Below are positions 20,831 through 29,447 of a DNA stretch of 64,000 nucleotides, piece by piece. Every line of letters begins with the position of its first letter. Within the stretch, counting starts at the first letter, position 1. The position numbers were made by a program, and so were the translations under genes. This DNA comes from Spirochaetia bacterium (GTDB lineage: Bacteria; Spirochaetota; Spirochaetia; UBA9216), in the NCBI GenBank assembly GCA_963675665.1, contig OY776510.1:1600001-1664000 (forward strand), read 5' to 3'. Below the pieces are notes generated by a model, which did not search any database, was not told the origin of the DNA, and was given only the letters and a program-made list of their open reading frames with translations.

Positions 20831-22116
20831 TGTATTGTTCCTTCATTGATTATTACCCCGACGCCATCGGGGATTAATGTTATCTTCTCTTCACTGCCGA
20901 GTATTCCGTCGGCAAGCGAAAGCGCCTGTTCAAATGTTTCTGCGTGCAGCATGTGCATGTCCTTTATCATCTGCGGGTCCGCGTGGCTGCTCACGATTAT
21001 TGCCCTGCTGCATTTTTTCAGGATCCTTGCGAGAATCTGGGCTTCCCACTGGTCGGGCAGCGATTCTTCCGGCGGAATTGAGCTTATTTTTTCCCAGACC
21101 TCACCGGGTGAGGCCGAGTCTTTGAACCAGTTGTAAAAGCCCTCGCCTCCGTGTCCGTTGCAGCATGATGAAATCATGATTATTACCCCGCCCTCTGGTA
21201 TGCAGCTTTCGGCGGCGGTCATGCCCTTGACTGTCTGGTAGATGTTCTGATCAAGCGGGTAACCGCCGTTTGATGTTACGGCAATCGGCGATGCAACGGC
21301 GTTCACCCTGGCGCGCTCGCCGAGGATTCCGCAGCCTTTCAGGTGGGCGTCGACAGGGTGTCCCGCAAAAGCCTCAGTGATCTTCTTGTTCTCATCGAGA
21401 ACAACATTAAGAATAAATGCAAGCCCGGCTTTTTCGGATGCGAAAAGCATGTCGGTGTGTAGCGGGTTGCCGTCAAGGCTGCCGGTACGTGCTCGGGGGT
21501 GGGCAATAAATTGGGCGTTATGGTTATACATTATTGTGCGTTCCGAGCAGATTCCCGGAAGAATACTCTTGCGACCGCCCGAAAATCCAGCGAAAAAATG
21601 GGGCTCGATGAAACCTTCAGCGACTATAAGGTCGGCCCAGTCTACAAGCCTGTTGATATGAAGTTCGCCTCCCGACGGTAATACGCCTTTGAAAACCATC
21701 TCGGAAGAGGCAAAGGCATCATGCACGATTATGTTCTCTTCGCTGCAGATCTCTTCTCCGAATTTGTCGGCAAGCTCCTCTGCAGTTGTCGCCCTGTGAA
21801 AGCCCGTTGCAATCAGGATTTTAATTTCGGCATCCGGATTGCCCTCGCGTATATGTCGGAGGATAACAGGCATTGTTATCCTGCTCGGCACCGGGCGCGT
21901 GTGATCGCTTGTAATTACGAGGACATTTTTCCTGTCTGATGCGAGAGCCGACAGAAGGGGAGAGTTGACCGGGCTTGAAAGCGCCCTTTCAACTTCGGTT
22001 TCTTCGGGTCCGGTGTTACGGCTGCCTTCATGAGCAGGTTCAAGGACCGCTTTCAGCCGCCAGTCCGGTATATCCGCAGAAATACTGTCTTTATAATAGG
22101 GAATCTTTATTTTCAC
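20827..22116 (-). CDS. larA: Nickel-pincer-dependent lactate racemase
   Basis: SDHTRPVP, ATGFHR, EPHFFAGFSGGRK, GGYPLDQN.YQ.VKG, PDQW. Confidence 0.9.
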   Translation of the reverse strand: MKIKIPYYKDSISADIPDWRLKAVLEPAHEGSRNTGPEETEVERALSSPVNSPLLSALASDRKNVLVITSDHTRPVPSRITMPVILRHIREGNPDAEIKILIATGFHRATTAEELADKFGEEICSEENIIVHDAFASSEMVFKGVLPSGGELHINRLVDWADLIVAEGFIEPHFFAGFSGGRKSILPGICSERTIMYNHNAQFIAHPRARTGSLDGNPLHTDMLFASEKAGLAFILNVVLDENKKITEAFAGHPVDAHLKGCGILGERARVNAVASPIAVTSNGGYPLDQNIYQTVKGMTAAESCIPEGGVIIMISSCCNGHGGEGFYNWFKDSASPGEVWEKISSIPPEESLPDQWEAQILARILKKCSRAIIVSSHADPQMIKDMHMLHAETFEQALSLADGILGSEEKITLIPDGVGVIINEGTIQ

Positions 22117-22829
22117 GCTGACTCCTCCCCTGCTGAAATATTGATCATGTACTGCCTTACGCCTTCGAGGTGTCCTCGCAGAGCTTTGCCGGCTTCTTCC
22201 GGCTGACGGTTCATTACCGCTGCAAGGATTTTACCGTGGTCCTCAAGCCATCGGCCGGTTATTTCCCCATTCTCGGCCAGCCGGCTGCGGCTTGTATGGA
22301 TTGAGGTATTGACCAGGTACGAAAGAACTTCGCCGGCAAGCTCGAAAATCCTGTTGCCGGTAGCAGAGAATATTGTCATATGAAAATCGATATCAGCCCT
22401 TTCGGCAACGGCCGGGTCTGAGCTTTTCATGTTTTCAAGCGCTGCTGCCATCTTTTCAAGCGTTTCAGGTTTGCCGTGTTTTGCCGCTGTTTTTACCGCG
22501 CTCTCTTCGAGCATCAGTCTGAAATCCATCAGCTCGCCCATGATGTCCATGTTTCTGAAAAACAGCGGTGCTATAGTGCTCAGAAAGGGGATAATCTGGA
22601 AATCCTGCACGTAGGTGCCGCCTCCGTGCCTTACCTCGAGCAGTCCGATTATTTCAAGTGTGCGGAATGCCTCCCTGATCGACGCCCTGCTGGTGGAAAG
22701 TTTTTCGGCGAGAAGCCTTTCGCCGGGCAGCTTGTCGCCGTTTTTCAGCTCACCCGAAATTATCAGGTCGATAATCTGTTCGATTATCTGTTTGTAGGTT
22801 TTCTGTTTTGCAAGTTTTGTAAAATCCAT
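22113..22829 (-). CDS. GntR/FadR family regulator (LldR/LctA-like)
   Basis: GDKLP.ER.LA..L..SR.S.REA..LE..G, FCD domain DIDFH. Confidence 0.9.
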   Translation of the reverse strand: MDFTKLAKQKTYKQIIEQIIDLIISGELKNGDKLPGERLLAEKLSTSRASIREAFRTLEIIGLLEVRHGGGTYVQDFQIIPFLSTIAPLFFRNMDIMGELMDFRLMLEESAVKTAAKHGKPETLEKMAAALENMKSSDPAVAERADIDFHMTIFSATGNRIFELAGEVLSYLVNTSIHTSRSRLAENGEITGRWLEDHGKILAAVMNRQPEEAGKALRGHLEGVRQYMINISAGEESA

Positions 22830-22840
22830 ATCTTCTCCAT

Positions 22841-22901
22841 ACTGGTAAGAGGTCAGACCAGTTACGTTTTAATCATAATACACCGGAGTGAAAGTTGTCA
22901 A
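22841..22901 (-). promoter_or_regulatory. Sigma70 promoter and FadR/LldR-type operator of the lactate operon
   Basis: Minus strand TTGACA(22901-22896)-18 nt-TATGAT. Inverted repeat actggt-aagaggtcag-accagt (22841-22862) contains GGTCAGACCA, resembling the TGGT-N3-ACCA box. Confidence 0.65.
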
Positions 22902-23114
22902 TGACGAACTGAATAATTTTGGTGACTGATAGCTTATGCAGTCCGCAGTACAGTTGTTTGAACGCTTATCTCCTGCAAGATGTGTAGTTCCCCATAGCAG
23001 CCTTCCTTTCTTCAATTATTCTTAAAACCGAGTATAAGTTCTGAATAATTATCGATTATTTCCCTTTAAAGTATTGTTTATTAATCCGCCAGTATGTAGA
23101 TTTGAATCAGGATT

Positions 23115-24347
23115 ATGAACAGACCGACATATTTGAATATACTAATGGCAGCTACTTTTCTATTCAGCCTGGCAACCGGAATGGTGAGTTTCGCTATCGT
23201 TTTTTATGTGAAGCAGCGCTTTAACGCGGACCATACCATGATAGGCCTGATTTCTTCAGGGCAGACCCTTTTCTATATTGTGGGGGTTCTGGGATTTTCT
23301 CTCAACAAAAATACTCATCCGAGGTATTTTCTCGGTTTTTCCGCCATGAGCATGGTGGTGTTTTTATCAGTCTACCTGATTTTCCCCTACTGGCGTCTTA
23401 CCCTGCTTTGCGGAAGTCTTTACGGACTCGGCATGGCGCTCTTCTGGCCCCGTATCTCAGGTTGGGTATCATGGGGGCTCGAGGGAAAGAATCTGAGTAA
23501 AACCATGTCACAGTATAATTTCTCATGGTCAACCGGGGGTATCATTTCTCCGGCACTCGGCGGATTACTTACTGAAATCAATATCGTTATTCCCTTTACG
23601 GCTTCAATTGTTCTGCTGCTGCTTATAGGTGTTCTTCTTGCAGTATTCTCCCGTGTTTACCCTGAAATGAAAAAGGGGCAGGCTGAAATCCGCAAAGCAA
23701 GAGAGAAGTCTTATAAAGATGGGGAGGTCCCTGCCGACACGGACCCAGATATCGGCACAACCCGGATGACGCCTCTGAGGTTTCCCGCACGCCTGGGAGT
23801 CGTTTCAACCTATATTCTGACCGGTTTTATAATCTTTATTTTCACGGCGTATATGCGGGAAAGCCTGGATTACAGGGAAGGCCTGATAGGATTCTTTCTG
23901 CTGTTCAGACTTTTCTTTGCAACCCTGGGCTTTATTGTCTGGGGAAAGTGGAAGGGATGGCATTTCAAGCCCGGTCTGATTCTTTTAAACCAGGTTGTTA
24001 CAATTGTTTTACTGATTCTTCTGGCAAGATCCGGAACCACCCTGCCGCTGCTGATCTTTTTCGGTATTTACGGATTTAATTTCAGCTTCACCTATACAAT
24101 CGGACAGTTTTACGGCGCTACCGGAAGTACAAACAGGGAGCGCAGTATGGCTATCCATGAGGGTGTGATTAATATCGGTATTATTATCGGGACCTTTTTC
24201 GGCGGAATATTAAGCGACAGAATCGGAATGCCGGTAACACTGTCTGTTTTTACTATAATCTGCGCAGTTTTACTGGTCGTCCAGTTCATACTCCTGGTAT
24301 ATTTCAAAAAAACCGGCCGGCTGGTTTTTGCGAATAAACTGTTCTGA
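23115..24347 (+). CDS. MFS transporter
   Basis: About 12 hydrophobic segments, central hydrophilic loop, GG.LSDR.G motif. Confidence 0.85.
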   Translation: MNRPTYLNILMAATFLFSLATGMVSFAIVFYVKQRFNADHTMIGLISSGQTLFYIVGVLGFSLNKNTHPRYFLGFSAMSMVVFLSVYLIFPYWRLTLLCGSLYGLGMALFWPRISGWVSWGLEGKNLSKTMSQYNFSWSTGGIISPALGGLLTEINIVIPFTASIVLLLLIGVLLAVFSRVYPEMKKGQAEIRKAREKSYKDGEVPADTDPDIGTTRMTPLRFPARLGVVSTYILTGFIIFIFTAYMRESLDYREGLIGFFLLFRLFFATLGFIVWGKWKGWHFKPGLILLNQVVTIVLLILLARSGTTLPLLIFFGIYGFNFSFTYTIGQFYGATGSTNRERSMAIHEGVINIGIIIGTFFGGILSDRIGMPVTLSVFTIICAVLLVVQFILLVYFKKTGRLVFANKLF

Positions 24348-24388
24348 GAATTTAACGTATGGTATCTCCCCACCCGGCCGTCTGATAC

Positions 24389-24405
24389 TGTCTTATTTTG
24401 CTACA
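24389..24405. promoter_or_regulatory. Putative enhancer (UAS) for the sigma54 activator, site A
   Basis: tgtcttattttgctaca (reverse complement tgtagcaaaataagaca), 16/17 identical to the site at 32315; about 160 bp upstream of a sigma54 promoter. Confidence 0.7.
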
Positions 24406-24564
24406 CTTCGCATTTCCTAGGCTTTATACAGCCGCCATAAGGCTCCGTATTATTAAGAAATTTTTTGGGTAAAGAGCCGAAGAACCGGTTATAATCATCA
24501 GTAATCAGCCTTAAAACGGGTTTTCCGGCAAAAAAACAGGCTGCAGGAATGTTAAAAATCCTTA

Positions 24565-24580
24565 TGGCATGGTTGTTGCA
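24565..24580 (+). promoter_or_regulatory. Sigma54 (-24/-12) promoter
   Basis: TGGCAT-ggttg-TTGCA. Confidence 0.8.
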
Positions 24581-24630
24581 TTATACAGTTAGGGCTTTTA
24601 CATAACTATTAATGCAGATAAGGAGCAATA

Positions 24631-26130
24631 ATGAAAAAGACACTTAAGTATCATCCGGAAGATAATGTCCTTGTAACACTCGACGGGCTTGTGACCGGCG
24701 ACAGTATTTCCATTAACGGCGAGGCCGCGGATTTTACAATAATTGATTCACTTCCGATGGGGCATAAGATTGCAGCGGTAAACATTCCTTCCGGGGGAAT
24801 TATAAAAAAATACGGGCAGCCAATCGGCATCGCCGGAAAAGACATAAAGGCGGGTGAGCACGTTCACGTGCATAACGTCACCGACCTTATTTCCGACTGG
24901 CGGAATTACCACCAGCATAACTATGACCCTGCTACAGTAAAGGAAATATCCGATGAGTACCTGATTAAAGACCTTCCGAAGCTGTACGGGTACAGGCGGA
25001 AAAACGGGATGGTCGGTTTCAGAAACTATGTTCTTGTAATTTCAACCGCTGTCTGCGCAAACCAGCCTGTTGAAGAGCTCGGCATCAAATACAGGGATAT
25101 TATAACGGTCCCGAACCCCTCCGGATGCGTGATACTTCCGAACGAGGTTGAGCGGATAAAGGCTGTGATTCTCGGCCTTGCCGGGAACCCGAACGTGGGC
25201 GCGGTAATTTTTAACGGTCTCGGCTGCGAAAGTGTGGAAGCCGAATGGTTTTATGATCAGGTTAAAGATGAAAAGCCTGCCGCCTTTGTACGGGCCCAGA
25301 CTGAAGGATCCTGTGAAAATGCTTACGATAAGCTCGAAAAAATCGCGCTTGCCATGAAGGCTGAACTTGATTCTCAGCCTCGTGAAGAGGTGTCGGTCGC
25401 GGATATAAGGCTCGGAACCAAATGCGGGGCCTCCGACTGGACAACCGCAGCCGTTTCAAACCCGGCAATCGGCTACGCATCGGACCTTGTCGTCAAAAAC
25501 GGTGGGATCTCGCTTTTAGGCGAGACGGTAGGCTGGTTCGGCGGCGAGGAGATATTCATCAGGCAGGCCAGAAACAGGGAAACAGCGGATAAAATCATTA
25601 CCCTGATGGGAAATATCTACGACCGGGCGCTCTCGGTCGGAAAGCGGATCGAGGAGGGCAACCCGGCACCTGGCAACATAGCCGGCGGGATTTCGACCCT
25701 GAACGAAAAAGCCCTGGGCAATGTGAAAAAGGGCGGAACCGCGCCTGTCGAGGGCGTGCTGGATGTGGGGCAGTACCCGGACGGCAAAGGCCTTTTTGTA
25801 TGCGACAACCCCGGGCTTGATCCGATATCGCTTCTGGGCCTGACATGCTCGTCAGCCAATATACTTCTCTACAGCACCGGCCGCGGGACACCCGTTGGTA
25901 CTCCGGTTGCGCCTTCGATAAAACTGACCGGCTCGCCCGATGCGGTGGCACTGTTCAGCGCACATATGGATGTGGAGCTTACTTCGGTGCTTACCGGTGA
26001 AATGACCATTGCCGATGCCGGGTGGAAACTGTTCAACGAGATTATTGACGTGGCCAACGGCAGGCAGACCATTGCAGAGAAGGGCCGTCACCGTGAGTTT
26101 GCCTTCCCGCTTGTAATGGGACCGCTGTAA
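24631..26130 (+). CDS. UxaA/GarD/SuyAB family lyase/dehydratase with a fused SAF domain
   Basis: DNV, GHKIA, KYG..IG, GEHVH.HN, G.RNY, NPNVG, GLGCE, KCGASD, PGN..GGI.T..EK.LG..KGG, TGRG.P.G. Confidence 0.88.
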   Translation: MKKTLKYHPEDNVLVTLDGLVTGDSISINGEAADFTIIDSLPMGHKIAAVNIPSGGIIKKYGQPIGIAGKDIKAGEHVHVHNVTDLISDWRNYHQHNYDPATVKEISDEYLIKDLPKLYGYRRKNGMVGFRNYVLVISTAVCANQPVEELGIKYRDIITVPNPSGCVILPNEVERIKAVILGLAGNPNVGAVIFNGLGCESVEAEWFYDQVKDEKPAAFVRAQTEGSCENAYDKLEKIALAMKAELDSQPREEVSVADIRLGTKCGASDWTTAAVSNPAIGYASDLVVKNGGISLLGETVGWFGGEEIFIRQARNRETADKIITLMGNIYDRALSVGKRIEEGNPAPGNIAGGISTLNEKALGNVKKGGTAPVEGVLDVGQYPDGKGLFVCDNPGLDPISLLGLTCSSANILLYSTGRGTPVGTPVAPSIKLTGSPDAVALFSAHMDVELTSVLTGEMTIADAGWKLFNEIIDVANGRQTIAEKGRHREFAFPLVMGPL

Positions 26131-26148
26131 TAGTTTGATACTATTGCG

Positions 26149-26179
26149 TCAAAGGTGTAGCAATTTGTTACACCTTTGA
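26149..26179. promoter_or_regulatory. Perfect inverted repeat containing UAS site B (may also act as a terminator)
   Basis: tcaaaggtgta-gcaatttgt-tacacctttga; contains tgtagcaatttgttaca at 26156-26172. Confidence 0.65.
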
Positions 26180-26300
26180 TTTCTCTCTTACCCGTACCGT
26201 CCTGTTCCGGCTAACAGAATTTCCTGATTTACCCGTCTGTTCGTAAAATATTGACTGCAGACAGCAGATATCCGGCTGATCAAACCGGTTCCCGTCCTAT

Positions 26301-26316
26301 TGGCATATTTATTGCA
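26301..26316 (+). promoter_or_regulatory. Sigma54 (-24/-12) promoter
   Basis: TGGCAT-attta-TTGCA. Confidence 0.8.
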
Positions 26317-26360
26317 TTATTCACCTGTAACTGATTTTTAACTGATATCAAGGAGGTCTT

Positions 26361-26942
26361 ATGGAAACGGCTGTTGAAATAAGATGGCACGGCCGCGGAG
26401 GGCAGGGAGCCAAGACAGCTTCGCTTCTGCTTGCCGATGTTGCCTTTAATACCGGGAAATGGGTTCAGGGTTTTCCCGAATACGGTCCCGAACGGATGGG
26501 CGCCCCGATTACGGCTTACAACAGAATCTCGGACCGTAAGAATACGGTTCATTCCAATATCTATGAACCCGACTATGTTGTGGTTGTCGATGAAACCCTG
26601 CTGACAACGGTGGATGTCGCCACAGGGCTGAAGAAAGGCGGTGTGCTGCTGATTAATACAGAGGCTGAGCCTTCCGAAATACGGAAGAAGATTCCGGGGT
26701 ATACCGGCCGGCTTGCCGTAATTGATGCGAGAAGGGTTTCGGAAGAATGCCTGGGAAAATATTTTCCCAATACGCCGATGCTCGGCGCCCTGGTAAGGGT
26801 AAGCGGAATAATGGATGAGCAGAATTTCCTTTCCCAAATGGAAAATTCGTTCAGTCATAAATTCTCGTCAAAACCTGAGATGATCAGGGGGAATATGGAA
26901 GCCCTGAAGAAAGCCCTCAAGGAGGTTTCGGAAGATGTATAA
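26361..26942 (+). CDS. porC: Pyruvate/2-oxoacid:ferredoxin oxidoreductase gamma subunit
   Basis: EIRWHGRGGQGAKTA, FPEYGPERMGAP, PNTPMLGA. Confidence 0.93.
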   Translation: METAVEIRWHGRGGQGAKTASLLLADVAFNTGKWVQGFPEYGPERMGAPITAYNRISDRKNTVHSNIYEPDYVVVVDETLLTTVDVATGLKKGGVLLINTEAEPSEIRKKIPGYTGRLAVIDARRVSEECLGKYFPNTPMLGALVRVSGIMDEQNFLSQMENSFSHKFSSKPEMIRGNMEALKKALKEVSEDV

Positions 26943-27240
26943 GGAAATTGATAAGAATGTCGGATGGAAGGACATAACCCCGGGCGGCACGGTATATACG
27001 GCCGGCAACTCGGTTGAGTTTCTTACCGGGGACTGGCGGACAATGAAGCCTGTTTTTATAAAAGAGAACTGCCGCGACTGTTTTCTGTGCATCCCGGTAT
27101 GCCCGGACAGTTCGATTTATATTGCCGGCGGAAGGCGGTCTGATTTTGACTACGGTCACTGCAAGGGCTGCGGCGTATGCGCAAAGGTATGCCCGTTCGG
27201 CGCAATAGAAATGGAAAAGGAACAGGGAGGGGCGGTATGA
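26935..27240 (+). CDS. porD: Pyruvate/2-oxoacid:ferredoxin oxidoreductase delta subunit (2x[4Fe-4S])
   Basis: TGDWR..KP, CxxCxxCxxxCP twice, CKGCGVCA..CP. Confidence 0.93.
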   Translation: MYKEIDKNVGWKDITPGGTVYTAGNSVEFLTGDWRTMKPVFIKENCRDCFLCIPVCPDSSIYIAGGRRSDFDYGHCKGCGVCAKVCPFGAIEMEKEQGGAV

Positions 27241-28418
27241 GTATAAAAGAGCGGATGTCGGGAAACGAGGCGGTTGCGGTTGCTTTGAGGCAGATAAACC
27301 CGGATGTGTTTCCGGCATTTCCGATTACACCATCTACAGAGATTCCGCAGTACTTTTCGGGTTATATTGCGGAAGGCAGGGCCGATACCGTGTTTGTGCC
27401 GGTGGAATCCGAACACAGTTCGATGTCGGCCTGTATCGGTGCGGAAGCTGCAGGTGCCCGTACAATGACGGCCACCTCGTCCTGCGGGCTTGCTCTGATG
27501 GCCGAGATGCTCTACGTTGCATCCTCTCTGCGGCTGCCGGTGGTAATGGCCTGCGTAAACAGGGCGCTTACAGGGCCGATAAATATAAATGCGGATCACA
27601 GCGACTCGATGGGAGTCCGGGATTCCGGATGGATTCAGCTCTACAGTGAGAATAACCAGGAGGCCTATGATAATTTTATCCAGGCTGTCAGGATAGGAGA
27701 GCACCGCGACGTGATGCTGCCTGTGATGGTCTGCCAGGACGGTTTTATTACCAGTCATGCAGTTGAAAATATTGAACTGAACGATGATGAAACCGTCAGA
27801 AGTTTTGCAGGCAAGTATGAACCCGAACATTACCTGCTGAACCCGAAAGAGCAGATTGCACTCGGCCCCTATGATACGGCTAATTTTTATATAGAACACA
27901 AACGGCTGCAGGCCCAGGCAATGATTAATGCAAAGGAAGTAATAAGGCAGGTGGCGGCTGAGTATGAAAGACTGACCGGCCGCCAATACGGTTTTTTTGA
28001 AGAGTACCGAATGAAGGACGCCGAAACAGCGGTTGTACTTATAAACTCGTCGGCCGGAACTGCCAAAGCAGCTGTTGATTCCCTGCGGGACCGCGGCGTA
28101 AAGGCCGGGCTTGTCAAAATACGGATGTTCAGGCCTTTTCCTGCAGAAGAGATCGCGGCTGTCCTGTCCGGGGTCAGCGCCGTAGCCGTTATGGATAAAT
28201 CCGAAGGATTTTCGGCCACAGGCGGGCCGCTGTTTCATGAAATCCGCTCGGCTCTTTACGGTAAGAATAAAATACCCGCGGTTATCAACTACATCTACGG
28301 TCTCGGCGGGCGCGATTTAACGACCGATCATGTTGAATCCGTTTTTTCCGAACTGGAGAAAATTGCGGCCGGCGGCAGTGCCGGTGAAACTTACAGATAT
28401 CTCGGTGTCAGGGAATAG
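27237..28418 (+). CDS. porA: Pyruvate/2-oxoacid:ferredoxin oxidoreductase alpha subunit
   Basis: GNEAVA, FPITPSTEI, ESEHS, NRAL; start MSIKER overlaps the porD stop (ATGA). Confidence 0.93.
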   Translation: MSIKERMSGNEAVAVALRQINPDVFPAFPITPSTEIPQYFSGYIAEGRADTVFVPVESEHSSMSACIGAEAAGARTMTATSSCGLALMAEMLYVASSLRLPVVMACVNRALTGPININADHSDSMGVRDSGWIQLYSENNQEAYDNFIQAVRIGEHRDVMLPVMVCQDGFITSHAVENIELNDDETVRSFAGKYEPEHYLLNPKEQIALGPYDTANFYIEHKRLQAQAMINAKEVIRQVAAEYERLTGRQYGFFEEYRMKDAETAVVLINSSAGTAKAAVDSLRDRGVKAGLVKIRMFRPFPAEEIAAVLSGVSAVAVMDKSEGFSATGGPLFHEIRSALYGKNKIPAVINYIYGLGGRDLTTDHVESVFSELEKIAAGGSAGETYRYLGVRE

Positions 28419-28429
28419 GAGGTCCGGAT

Positions 28430-29359
28430 ATGGCGTATAATTTCAAGGAAGTAATGGCGAAGGAAGATCGCCTTGCCGGCGGGCACAGGATGTGCGCAGG
28501 CTGCGGCGCCCCTGTAGCCGTGCGGGGGGTTCTCAGGGCCCTGAAGCCTGAAGACCGTGCGGTAATATCCAATGCCACCGGCTGTCTCGAAGTCTCGACC
28601 TTCATGTATCCGTATACATCATGGAAGGATTCCTATATTCACTCGGCTTTTGAGAATGCCGGGGCAACAATCAGCGGTGTCGAGGCTGCCTATGATGCGC
28701 TGAAAAAAAGAGGCGGGCTTTCAGGAACAACAAAGTTTATCGCCTTCGGGGGCGACGGAGGATCATACGATATAGGTTTTCAGTCCCTGTCCGGCGCAAT
28801 GGAACGCGGTCACGATATGGTCTATGTCTGCTATGACAACGGCGCTTACATGAACACCGGCATCCAGCGGTCCTCGGCGACTCCGCGCTTTGCCGATACC
28901 ACAACTACGCCTGTCGGGGAATACTCAACCGGGAAAGCACAGAACCGAAAAGACCTGTCCGAGATAATGGCGGCCCACCGGATACCCTATGTAGGCCAGA
29001 CGACATTTCTGAAGAATTTCAAGGACCTGCATGAGAAGTCCGAAAAGGCAATTTATACGCACGGAGCCGCATTCCTGAACATCCTTGCCCCCTGCCCGCG
29101 CGGCTGGCGCTACCCGTCGGAAGACCTGATGGAGCTCTGCCGGCTTGCTGCCGATACCTGTTACTGGCCTCTTTTTGAAGTGGAGGAGGGCCGGTGGAGA
29201 CTGAATTACGTTCCGAAAAAGAAGCTGCCGATTGAGGATTTTCTGAAGGTGCAGGGAAGGTTCAGACATCTTTTCAAACCGGAAAACGAGCACCTTATAG
29301 CCGTCTTTCAGGCTGAGGTTGATGCCAGATGGAACAGCCTGAACGAACGCTGCTCATAG
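28430..29359 (+). CDS. porB: Pyruvate/2-oxoacid:ferredoxin oxidoreductase beta subunit (TPP-binding)
   Basis: GHRMCAGCG, TGCLEV, GGDG..YDIG, YDN..YMNTG.QRS, PCP.GW. Confidence 0.93.
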   Translation: MAYNFKEVMAKEDRLAGGHRMCAGCGAPVAVRGVLRALKPEDRAVISNATGCLEVSTFMYPYTSWKDSYIHSAFENAGATISGVEAAYDALKKRGGLSGTTKFIAFGGDGGSYDIGFQSLSGAMERGHDMVYVCYDNGAYMNTGIQRSSATPRFADTTTTPVGEYSTGKAQNRKDLSEIMAAHRIPYVGQTTFLKNFKDLHEKSEKAIYTHGAAFLNILAPCPRGWRYPSEDLMELCRLAADTCYWPLFEVEEGRWRLNYVPKKKLPIEDFLKVQGRFRHLFKPENEHLIAVFQAEVDARWNSLNERCS

Positions 29360-29447
29360 GCGGATTCCTGAAAGAACCTCTATAAATATACTGTTTTTAT
29401 TGCCGCAGGTAATATAAAATAGTGATTATACAGTTTCCGGAGGAAAA

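Noticed and set aside
27156-28238. 360-aa antisense ORF opposite porA, and other long shadow ORFs (e.g. 14102-14758, 35974-36744, 45555-46187, 54010-54618)
   Set aside because: They lie entirely antisense to well-supported genes, have no motifs, and are expected from codon bias
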